From positions 2,237,788 through 2,301,787 of the forward strand of contig NC_092676.1 of assembly GCF_964355755.1 (NCBI RefSeq): a stretch of DNA of 64,000 nt, read 5' to 3'. The translations under genes and the position numbers were made by a program. The notes beneath the pieces are model-generated. The model was not told where the DNA came from, ran no database searches, and saw only the letters and a list, made by a program, of their open reading frames with translations. This DNA is from Antedon mediterranea. Its lineage: Eukaryota; Animalia; Echinodermata. Of the stretch, positions 14,481-26,700 are shown piece by piece; position 1 is the first letter of the stretch, and each line of letters begins with the position of its first letter.

Positions 14481-15623
14481 AGACACGCCTACACCTTACA
14501 TCTAAATTGATTAGTGCTCAAAATAGTATTTTCTAGAAATAAGATATTTGTTTATTAAAAAGCAATTTAAATTTTAATACTCGTCTTAAATTTAAAGCAG
14601 TACTTTGTAGTTTAATATCAATGGTTGGTTTTGTTACATGGAAGTTAATATATATTTTGTTCTAAAAAATATATTATATAATACATATTGTCATGTTTCT
14701 GTTAATGTAATGTTATCATGCCTATATAACTGTCTTATATATTTCATAATTCACTAATTTCAATATGCTGTAATGTACATTATAATCAGACACAGTGGAT
14801 GGAGCTAAGGGTTGGGATAATTGGGTGAAACCAGGGGTACATTGGGTGAAACCAAGGGTACATTGGGTGGGTTGCCATTTGTTGAGGTCAGGGGTGGGTG
14901 GTTGGTTGGTTGTAGATAGTATTATTTTTAAAGTTAATACATACTGTACTTATGTACACTGGAACACTTTAATTCACTATTTCTCCGTCACATATTAATA
15001 GTACAATAATATATTCAAATTTGTTTTATTCTGTGTTCCAAAAGAGTAAACAAATATATACATTTTAAGATAACAAATGTAATAAATATGATATAACCAA
15101 ACTATGTTCCAGAAATTATTTTTCTGTTTGTTTTCTTGTTTACAGTATACTTTATTGTTAATGTTTGTTTGATTTTCAATCAAAAGCCTTTATAAAATTT
15201 ATATAGATGATTTATTAATCACAAGAATACTTTTGGTATTATGTGATATTAATTGGTTTTATTTTAGATTTATGTTAATATTGTTTTCTATTTGTTATTT
15301 TCACTATAATCTTTGTTATTTTACCTTCAACGATAATTTGTACATAAATGCGTTCATGATCTATTGTGTTGACGCATTGGTGACGCGCAATACCAGAATT
15401 GACCGTATGTAAGATGTAATCAAAGCAAGTATAAATATAACAGTGTTTCAACTGATCTTTTTGTGTAAACAAATAGTTAATGAGAGTTTTGAATTTCCAC
15501 TAACGTGCGTGTGCGTTTGGTGTTGACGTCATACTTTGAATACTACATCATTGCAGCTGCTCATATTAAGGAATGCGAATACAAGTACAGTACTGTATTA
15601 GCGAAGTACAGTTATAGCTCTAA

Positions 15624-15789
15624 AGCGTGGTTCCCACAAGGACGTAAACGCAACGCAAGCGAATTGACCAATCACAAGCGATGGCTTATTCGCTTGTGAT
15701 TGCTAACTGTCTATAACTTCGCTTGTCATTGGTTAAAACGCTTGCGTTGCGTTTACGTCCTTGCGTCACGTTCTAGTGGGAACCAAGCT
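15624..15789. mobile_element. MITE family A, PIF/Harbinger (Tourist)-like
   Basis: TIR agcgtggttcccac ... gtgggaaccaagct, flanked by TAA/TTA, with a palindromic interior. Confidence 0.8.
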
Positions 15790-16294
15790 TTACAGAGCAT
15801 AACGTGTGGTGCAGTATCAAATAAAGAAAATGTAAGAGAAATATATGCTGTTATTGATTAAGTTGGATTGAGGAGAACGACATATCCATAGAAGATGTGC
15901 CGCATAGATTAGCTTACTCGTTCGAGCACTCATTTCAGTTGCAATTTTAATTTTTTATATAAAATATTTTGTTTGCTCACACACCCCACATGAGCAAGAT
16001 GTTATGCTCATATGTAATTTCAATCTGTTATGCTGTATACGTCGTCACTATGCAATGTATACGATCGATATCAGAGCAAAGTTCTTTGTTTTAATCATCT
16101 TTTAATTTATTTCGATTTTAAAATAAACAACTACATCTGCAGTTTCTGTTTTGTCATTTTTTTAAATATTGTGTTTTTAAAGATAAAGATTAAGTACGGT
16201 AATTTATTAAGTTGACACGTGATTTCAATTATATGAAAGTTATATACTGTAGTCGTTACTCATACTCATAGCGGTCCGTGTTGTTCGACGCGTC

Positions 16295-16680
16295 GTCGTC
16301 GTCACCGCCGCCGTTGTGTAGCAGGATTACTGACATATAAGATGAATATTCCCACCGTCGCCGTCACCGCCGTCGTAGCAGGATTACTGACATATAAGAT
16401 GAATATTCCCACCGTCGTCGTCACCGCCGTCGTAGCAGGATTACTGACATATAAGATGAATATTCCCACCGTCGTCGTCATCGCCGTCGTAGCAGGATTA
16501 CTGACATATAAGATGAATATTCCCACCGTCGCGTCGTCGTCACCGCCGTGTACTACAAAACCGGTCAAAGGATACTCCCAACGTCGTCGTGACCACAGTC
16601 GTATCAGGATCAGTATATAAAAAATAACTCAATGCATATTCCCATCGTCATGTCGTCACCGCCGTCGTAGCAAACTTCAA
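16295..16680. repeat. 60-bp GC-rich minisatellite downstream of the GPCR stop (~4 near-perfect copies, then degenerate)
   Basis: Unit gcaggattactgacatataagatgaatattcccaccgtcgtcgtcaccgccgtcgta at period 60. Confidence 0.9.
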
Positions 16681-16957
16681 CAAAATCGCTCTATGCATAT
16701 TCTCGTCGTCACCGACTTCGTGGCAGGATTCCTAGCGATACCCGTGTATGCCTTAAATAATGTCCACCGTAGTCGTCACCGCCATCGTAACCTATGGATA
16801 TTCCTAACGTCATCGTTCGTTATGATCGGCTTCTTACTGTTGTCGTCGCGTCGTTGTGTCGTCGTCACCGTTGTCGTATGTTCATTAAAATTACATGTAC
16901 AGTAGTAGTAAAACGTGGTCTATTTATAATATTTAAAACAACTATTAACATTTGTAT

Positions 16958-19900
16958 TTATGATGTAGTTTCAGCTTGTTCCGTCACACCTGCTACGGAT
17001 ACTTGTGTCGTATTTTCTCTGTTTTCCTGAATCGCCGGCATGGCGTCACGGATCGATGTCTTCGTATTTGCTCTAATGCGAGACTGCGTAAACACATTCA
17101 TCTCCTCATCATTTACAAAGTACAACGCATATATCTTAACTACAAACAAACATATTAATGCAATTGTTCCATTAATAACCAATCCATATCCTTTGTATAT
17201 AGCCTTATATTGAGGTTCATTCGTTGTAAAGTATGGTGGGCTAAACGCGACAATTATCACCAGTGTGCTAAAGCTACAGAAATTGATAAACCGTGTTTCG
17301 TTGTAGTTGTCTGGTAATTTGCGTGTCATAAACGCATAGACGCAGGATATTAAGACTAATATAATATTGTATGCTAAGGATCCGATGACTTCAATGTCTA
17401 CAGTTCCTTCAGTGTTATCCCACGCTGAACAGAGCATGATCACGGTACCTTCGTTTTTGTTTGGCATTATGTACTTAACTGTCGGTGGTACAATTAGCAA
17501 CCAAATAAGCATCCATAATATCTGAAAAAGGTGATGATTTGTTATTTTTTAATATAAGGTTTAACATAAAGAAATTATTGAGTGTTAGTTAATTAGCAAT
17601 CTTTCGTTTTCACGATGTGCCATAACGCACCTGTCGAGTCGAAAAATCATTCCATGGAAGATCATACACATAATTTAATGAGCATGCGCAGAATGACTGT
17701 TTGCCTCAATAGCTGCGTATTATCTGAAGTTGGTTAGGTGACCAGATTACAACAAAGAAGAGTTATGTCGGTACAATTCACACTAGGGAAGAGCGACATT
17801 ACATTGTTACTTACTATAAACGAAATGTCATCGTCTACCCGCCTTCCCTCTCTCATCTTAACTTAAACAACATTGATATAGGCCTATATATAACATTTAA
17901 GAAGAGACATACCTGAAAAATAGCCACCGAGAACGCAATGAGTAATTGAGACTGGGAACTGATGAACTTCGGTCTCCGTGCGCTCTTCGCACTAGTTTTA
18001 AATATACGATATACTCGAACAGTTTTTGTCGTTACTGAAGCATATATCAACGCCACTGAAATCGGTGATCCTATTCGTCGAAAGACGCATACACTTGGAC
18101 CTGGACGAATACCGTGGAATAAGGCACAGACGAACCCACAGAATATGCCACAGAAAATGATGTAGCTAAGTTCTCTACTGGATGCCTTGATCAACGGTGT
18201 GTTTCTGTTTTTGATGTATGCAACCAGTATGACGAAAGTCACAGTGATTCCAGCACTTGACAACATGATGAGAATTATAGCCCACGGATGTTCTTTAGTT
18301 ACAAACGTTCCATCGATAACTTCACATCTTGTTCTGTTTTCATTTGGAAAATAAAAAGGCGGTTCATTTGTATCGCATGGTTCGCAACGTGTACCGCGGT
18401 CGCTATCAGTGACTATCGACGAAGATAGGCATTTGACGCACGTCCAACAACACGGCGTTTCTTCCGAGATTATGGTCGCATAACCCGTCTCACACGGATC
18501 ACTACAAGAGGATTTCGGTTTAACGGTTGAATTATCGTTTGTTATGTTCCATTTCACTTCACTATCATTTTTAAAATTACTTTCTTCACTCCAAGATCCA
18601 ACATCCACAAATGTATACACGTCGTTTATCTTTTGTAAATTCTTTATTTTATACCTTGGTTGGGAGTCTCCATTTTCGTCAAATGTTACCTGTCCGTTTG
18701 AAGGACTGTCAAATCTGGTTTTCAAAAGAAAGGGCATGAGAGCTTTGCCGTCATCCGGGGTGAATTTTGAGCATCTTTCGCTATTTATTTGACACTGTTG
18801 GTCCTTCATATCTTGTAGGGCGTGAATAAAAGATAACACGCTGTCCATGACTAGACTATCGTGCGCCGGTGAATCGGTGTCATTTGCTATCGGAGCAAGA
18901 GTAAGATGGTCGCAAGGAGGGAGACCAATTATAGGTTCTCTACTCGAACAATTCCTGTACCTCTCCCAAAATTCAATAGCCCAAGGATTATCTGTATCTG
19001 AAGGGGTGATCGAGTAAAAATATTCGTCAAAAGTTGGAATAGAATTGGAGTATGGCTGGATTGTGAGAGCACCTGAAATGATAAAGAAAACTTACGATTA
19101 CAGTAAAGCTTGGTTCCCACAAGAGACGCAACGCAAGGACGTAGACGCAACGGAAGCGAATTGACCAATGACAAGCGACTGTGCGAATAATCCATCGCTT
19201 CGAATTGGTCAAATTACTTACGCTTACGTCCCTGCGTCTCTGGTGGGAACCAAGCATTAGATTCTGCTAATTACCAATTGGGCAGTCGATCTTTTGAATG
19301 GTCGGTTGGTAAACTAACCATGACACTCGATTACTTACCTAACGCTGCGTCTTCGTTTCCTTTGACTGCATTTAAACCATAGTTTCCCCATCCATCGCTA
19401 CCAATCCATATGAACCGATTTTTTATACCCAACCTGCTCACAGCTTCGAAGATTCCACTGGCAACCTCCAGTTGTACGTACAATATGACAACAGTAGCTT
19501 TCTTTGCCATATCCAAATCGTTCACAACCTCATTGTAATACTCGTCAGGGGCGTGTATAGAAACGGATTTAGTCGTAGCTAAGCATATACCCAAGTCTTT
19601 AATTCTGAATTTAAACGCTTTTAACGCATTCTCTCCATATGAATCATCGGAATTCACGAATGAAACATACGTCCAATTATAGAACACTAATATATCCACT
19701 ATTGACTGTATCTGGTATTTATCAGGAGGAACGGTCCTTAAGAAATATTTGTATTTCAGTTTATTACTTAGTTCGTCACTTGTTGATAGGTAACTTATCT
19801 GTGGGATACCATACACACCGAACAGGACGGCTGCTTGCACGGATGAGCTGCTTCTTTGTGCGCCGACGACTCCGGTTACGCGCTTAGTAGACTCAGTACA

Positions 19901-20284
19901 CGCACCCTCCGTACTGTTTGCGCAGTCGCATTTACAATGGCATTCATTTGTCCTTTGTTTGGGAATTAAGTTTAACGAACATTTGAGCGTCTCGGAAGGA
20001 TACGAACACGTATCGTATATTTCATAACCTATAGTCATATTAGGAAAAATATTATCTTCATTTATTTTATTGATTGTATATACCATTGCTTCTACACGCT
20101 TCAATGAATTTAACTCCCGAATTTGTCCACAAGTACCGGTCGTTTCATCGTACAGGTGTAATGGAAACAAGCCGCCTAGTATTATATCTCCTTGCTTGGT
20201 ATAGTTTTTAGCCTGCAAAGATTCTCCAAATTGTAGACTACAAACGATAATAGAGATCAGTATCATTTCTATCGATAACTCCAT
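16958..20284 (-). CDS. Metabotropic glutamate receptor-like class C GPCR, ~889 aa; exons 20284-19339, 19072-17913, 17521-16958
   Basis: Signal peptide; Venus flytrap motifs GDIILGGLFPLH, YDTC, PQISYLSTS, YFLRTVPPD, WIGSDGW, NPWAIEFWE; Cys-rich CSDPC/CCWTCVKC; 7TM motifs TPLIKASSRELSY, KTVRVYRIF, TRKLPDNYNETRFI. Splice phases are consistent and there are no internal stops. Confidence 0.93.
19107..19256. mobile_element. MITE family A in GPCR intron 1
   Basis: TIR agcttggttcccacaagagacgca ... tgcgtctctggtgggaaccaagca, TAA/TTA flanks. Confidence 0.8.
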
Positions 20285-21407
20285 TGTGATAGGCCTACAC
20301 TAGGCTTATTAAGAGCTTGAACGTGGCACTTGTTCTAAAATAGAAACAAATAATACTTTAGGCATAATTTTGTAATGAACAAAATAAAAATGCTTTCGTG
20401 GTAAACTTTCTAGCACAAATAGCTATAAACAGCATGTTGTTTTAGTCTTACTGGTTAGAATATTCTTATCAAATGGAATTCTGTTCAGTTGTTAAAGTTC
20501 TCAATGTTGGGGTATTGGAAGGGGCTCCTCCTTATTTACCAAAACAATCTAATATTTTTTGTTACAATCCTTTGGTTCAATAACCGAGTTTGACTTTCAA
20601 AGGTTTTTACTGGTAAAGCTTACTTTCAAACGGACATTATAGTCTACAGTTGCTGCATGGTGACATTTTTATAAACTATATTTTGACTGCAGAAATAATG
20701 GTTAGTTGGATCAATTTGTTAGAACACCTAAATGGAAGTTTCCATCAAGGTTCTTTCATCTGAGTAAGAAACGGTTGATTTGGTTGTCTGTAATTAGGCT
20801 ATTTAGTGATCAAACCAAAGCGAAGATTGCCTTATTCAATGAAACATAAGGTTAGTTTCTATTCCAATAATATCAAACCTGAAAGCCTAGCAAAACCTAT
20901 ATGCAGTTGGTCATTTTTTATGGATGGGATAAGACACAATTTAGTGAATTCTAGCATCATGTTTACCACCGCGATACTAGAAACACCTGCGCTAGGTTTG
21001 CTGTAATAATGTCGATTCTATGTAATTACTAAACATACTCACCTCTTACATCAAGAAGATTGAAAGCAGACTGAGATGACAAAACACTTTTTTCTCCAGC
21101 TAAAATCTATCATCAGGTTTAATCGTACAACACAGTACTAGAATTGCACAAGGCGGTTTATAGTTTATTTGATTCCATATTACTAATAAACACAAACATA
21201 CTCACCACTTATACCACATACCCACAGTTTACTACTATCGTGTACCAACAGTTGGTAAAGTTATCTTTAAATAAATATACTCAGTGTTTTTATTTAGCAG
21301 TGATCGTCACAATGTGGACTTTACTCTCAACAATAGAGAGACTCTGAGAATTACTTAAAATTAACACCTCAACATTATACTTGAAAACGTGTTTTTGTAA
21401 ATTTAAA

Positions 21408-21707
21408 ACATCGTCTGCTGGCACTTCATATACCCGCAACTAATTATTGTCTGCTAACACTTCATATACGCGCAACTGATGATCGTCTGTTAACAATTCA
21501 TATACGCGCAACTGATGATTGTCTGCTAATACTTCATATACGCGCAACTGATGATTGTCTGATAACACTTCATTTACGCGCAACTGATGACTGTCTGCTA
21601 ACACTTCATATACGCACAACTGATGATCGTCTGCTAACACTTCAAATAGGCTCAACTGATGATCGTCTGCTAACACTTCATATACGCGCAACTGATGATT
21701 GTCTGCT
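21408..21707. repeat. 36-bp minisatellite x ~8 between the divergent GPCR and astacin genes
   Basis: Unit gtctgctaacacttcatatacgcgcaactgatgatc. Confidence 0.9.
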
Positions 21708-23745
21708 TTTTACTGAAAGTCATCAGAGACTGATTATCAATTATTAACTATGTTTAATATGGATCGATATTAGTAGGCTTATAATAACGGTCTAACGAGA
21801 CGGGTTTTAGGTCATAAGGCACTCTGAAGATAAGTGTATCTTGTTTTCTGATAATAGTACTCAAGAGAAGGAGAGGATGTTTAAAGCTTCCAAATGGGTC
21901 CGAAGTGTGGTTTTAGTAGAGCATAACACGCAACATTTTACAAACATAAACAAGATAAATTTATTTACACAAGTGAAAAAAACATGAACAACTATGTAAG
22001 TTGCGGTATCTATAAATAGTTTGAATCACTAACAAACACTTTGTAGGAATAGCCTAATTATGATTGATCAATGCTTTAGTAAACTAAATTATGCGTCAAT
22101 TGAATTTGATATATAAGTTCCCATGTCTGCGAATAGGCATACCAATTTTATAGAAAAACATGGACTTTTTAAAAATTTTAGGTCCATGATAAAAGGTAGT
22201 ATTTAAGCTAAGCTAAGAAACCGGTATTTTTTAAACCGGTATTTATATATAGGCCTATAAACTTTATTTATTCCCGAATTTGACGATAGAAACCAGAATC
22301 AATTGTTTTTTTTTAAGCTTATTTAAACATCGGTTCTTTATGTGAACCCATTTCTGGTGTCAACAAAATACCGCTATTTCAAAATCCGTATCTGCTCAGT
22401 AGAAACAGGCCGTACTACTATAATATACTGTTGTACTTTATCTACATTATTAACGATGACATTATTCAGTTGAGATTAAAATTCAACACGGCGCTAACTT
22501 GAAAAAAAAGTGGAAATCAACATTACGTACAGAAATTACTTTATAATGAAAAGTTAATAGATCCTAATTTGATTGAAGTGCCGTGTAAACAGCATCTTAA
22601 TGCAGTATGGCGGGTATTTGTAGAGGTGTTAATGTCAAATACTATTTACAGCTACTTTTAGGAAATCGTAGAGTGCTATCTATAATGAGTAAGCAAATTC
22701 TCCAAGTGTATCTAGGTAAATGTCATCCTGCTTAAACAATATATGATACAATTATAACATGTGACGAACATATGACGCCAGTATCAAGGAACTTTCTTAA
22801 GATAGTGAAATCAAGATTATTGAGAATCGGGTAAATTAGTTATCATGAATGTGGATAAAATTAATTGCATTAGAACTCATCATACAAGTAACATGTTAAT
22901 ATAAAGAAGGTAGAATGGTGTGCGAGTGAATGACGAGTAAGTGTCGAGTGGGCAGTAAATAGTTTGTTGTTTTTGTTTTCCAAGATTGTTGAAACTATTA
23001 AATGTAAACTTATTTCCAGTTCTATTTACCTTCGTAGATTGTCAAATATTATAAGTGAATGCAACTCATCAGTTATTTAAGAAGTGTAACAAAGTCTTAA
23101 ATATCATTTTCCGGGACAAAAACAAATCACGATCGTACTTTGCACTCGATTGACTCGACACTTTTTAGACTTCTCTCTCATCTATTATGTTAGAGAGAAA
23201 TCACTGTTAGCTTCGAGCGTTAGTATGAAAAATGACGTCAGTCAAAAATATTAATAAATCATGACATATAAATAACTGGTTGTTTTATAATATAGTCAAC
23301 CACATTTTAATTAGATCACTGATTATGTGTTGGGCTTATATCGAATACAATACAAGGAGAGCATTATACCCACACATTTCAAACCCATTAACTACACGTC
23401 CCCTATGGGCTTTCGTAATATTTAAAGATCACCACAGAACAATTATTGCCCCGGTACGTCACACAATATCAACAATGGAATGACAACCATACAGTGTTAT
23501 GTACTATAGTTATTCAAACGGACTATAAAATTCCTAAAGTGAAGCCATCACAAAAGAAGTTACCTATATCCGACATACAGGTTGTATTTAAACCGTAATA
23601 CTGCGAATCTTATTGTACATTGGTTCGTTTTACCTCAAAAGTAATCACTCGGAATTGTAAGTTGAGTGGGTTTAGCATATCTTACTGCGAATCGAAGCGG
23701 GAAACTTTATTCGATCGTCTGCTAACAACTTGATGTACTTTTATT

Positions 23746-26700
23746 ATGATGGATATTATTTCGAAGAGGTTGATTTCTGTTTATTTTCTTGTAATCGTTT
23801 TGGCGTGTTTTTCGAGTTTACGTACTACATGTGCTCCTGTACAACAAGACGAACTTCGACCATGGGAGATAAATGAAGGTTGGTCATTTTGCAATTGCTA
23901 ATCCGCCCCCTTTCCAACCCCGCAATTACCTTTTAATTCGATTAATTGATATAATATTATTATAAATGTGAAATACAAAGGTCTATTTTACGTACAACGA
24001 ACGTATACAAAGTTTGTTTGAATTTAGATAACTTTATTTGACAAATAGGATAATTATACGATTTAAATACCTATACAAATTGGTATAGTAGACAGTAGTT
24101 CTTAGGAATATTATGCTACGATACGTCTATTCATCATGTCATGATGTGAAAATAATGATATGTACAGTAAAAAAAATGGTGATAAAATGGGGTCTTCGGA
24201 AAGCAGAAAGGTATATATTTAATATCATATTATAACAACACTTTAAATAATAAAATAAAACAAATACATTTTTCTTGTCAACGAAAGTTTTAAATTGATA
24301 AAATTAATTATCAACCTACATTATTGTTATTCTCCTATTAAAAAACAATTTAATTTTATATATTTATCACGTTTTATTGTATGTTATTTTTATATTAATT
24401 TATTTGTTATCATCTCATTTCGTTATTTTGATTCTTTTTTTCGTTTGTACATTCATTTATTTGTAGGCTTGTGCCCACCCGCATTGGCCGATCTTTGCAC
24501 GTCTGGAAATGATGGTATGTATTTTGTGTTTGTTTATTGTTTACTTCACATTTTCATTCAGTATGCAGTATTACTCATAAAATGATAACATAATTCAAAC
24601 AAAGCCGGTGTGCTTATGGTGTCCAAAAAAAGTCTGGAAATAAACTTTAGGATGATGGTAAACATTGAAAAAGAGAAAAAGAGGGGAAGGCCGGCGTTTT
24701 GGTTGCTTATTTAGATTTAATTTTGTAGGATAGTATGTTTTCCAATGTTAGAGATTCCATTCCATTTATTTGTACAAAAGCTCATCTTTATTTTTCTCAA
24801 TCCTTCTTAGATAAACCAACTTCTATTACACTTATCCAAACCGATATGTAGTTATTCGAAAATCCTTTAAATTAGCCATTTCTAAACTGTTGTATGGATA
24901 TATTATTTACTTTTGATTGGTCCATGTTTTTTTAAAATCAAATACATCAGATATCTTTTTTACCATTTTCTCAGCAAAAGCTCCTTCTGATGTTAAAATG
25001 AATGACGTTATTTCAGTCCAAACTCAGTTTCATCTCTTACGAAACTCAGAACCTGGTAAGCTCCACCATATTACTTAAAATGTAATTTTTCTTTCTTTGC
25101 ACAATCACGGTGGTGGATAGCTTATCATAATCATATAATTTCAATAACAAAAATCATTTTGATGACATAAGCAGCTAAATTAGTATGTCAACTTAGACCT
25201 CCCATATCGACAGGATTGCCTGAAGTATTAGGTCATCTTCTGGTTCCAGGAAAGCCAAAGCTTTCTCAAGAAATTAAAATTACTCCAACCAATCATGACC
25301 GTTTTAATAAAAGATGTTTGGAAACAAATCATAATGTTCATAATTTGTATACATTTATTATAATGAATATCTTTCTACTAACATTATTGAAAACATGTAA
25401 TAACATTACACATTTTATGTACATTCACTTAATTTTACTAACAATCAAAATATACGACATACTTTAATCTGTTATTAACAGATTAAAAAATATTCTCTAC
25501 ATTTATTTTGCTTACAATATAAAAAAATTCTGTGAAAAACTACCTATAATACCAAATGCTGATACAGTGTTTATTTAGCATAAGAAGCTTAACTACAATT
25601 TGGTGTATTTTGTATCAAAATAAAAAATAATTGTAACTATCGGTTGACCACAATAGTGATAACAATAATATCTGGCATCTATCAACAAACACAACGTCAA
25701 AATTGTGACACAAGGACCGACATTGTGTGTACAAATTGTTTTGACGTTACCTCATTGAAACTACTAGTATTTATTTCACAAAGCGCCACAGGCATACAGT
25801 ATATATAGGGACTTAATAGGGTTCTTTACACAAGAGATACCACAGGTCTATATTATATACAGTATTAAAAGATTTCTATTCAAACGATATATTTATTTGT
25901 ACAAAATGTTTATTATTTTTATATAACAAAATTTCAGGTTCATAAAATAGACAAAGAAACACCTAATGAACAACCCACGCTAACCAAAGATTTTCTAAAA
26001 TTAGACTATTTCATTCTTATATTTAAATAAGATTGTAATAATTTTTGACTAAACACCTGGATGATGAAAATTAACAACCATTTAAAAAAATTGAATAGGA
26101 CAGCGTTGGCTTTAACACAATAAATTTATTACAGCGAATTAGTTTTCAATGTTTGAGACACACTATAATACAATATTTAGAAAAAAGTAAACACAATCAT
26201 TATTTTAATTTAGCAGTTGGATAACTACAGTACACTTCGGAGCATGAAACGCTATACTTAACCCAAGTATTATTTTGAGGCTTAGGTAGTAGTGTGATTT
26301 GGCACCTTAAAAATACTGGACCAGAGCCAGATTTGAACCAAGGGTTATGGTATGTTAGCTTGTTCACCCAAGGTACTATGAAATCACAATAAAGACAGGA
26401 AATAATTTGTAACAGACTCTCGCATATCACAGACACAATAATCACGAGTTATTGAACATATTGACCTGTTTGGAATGCATGTACTGTGTATTTACCAAGC
26501 ATACCCATACTCTATATGCTACCTTTATACACAATACCCATTATTTAAATGGTATTTCTAACTGTCTCCAATCCAACAATACATCTACCGTTTTCCAACC
26601 TTTGTCACGTCGAGTCAATATCCTTGCTAAAGTTCATTACAACTAATTTCAGATGCTTATCAGTATTCAATATTCTGTCGCAAATTTTTACGGTGTTTCT

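Noticed and set aside
16302-16620. Repetitive hydrophobic ORFs (MNIPTVVVTAVVAGLLTYK)n on both strands
   Set aside because: By-product of a 60-bp (multiple of 3) minisatellite; no splice or homology support.
11599-17521. Functional pairing of GOPC with the adjacent mGluR-like gene (vertebrate GOPC binds group I mGluR tails)
   Set aside because: The receptor ends in ETTS, which lacks the hydrophobic terminal residue of a class I PDZ ligand; adjacency alone is not evidence.
21440-21691. 12-aa repeat ORF, and a superficially CRISPR-like 36-bp repeat
   Set aside because: Units are contiguous with no unique spacers, there are no cas genes, and the context is eukaryotic; plain minisatellite.
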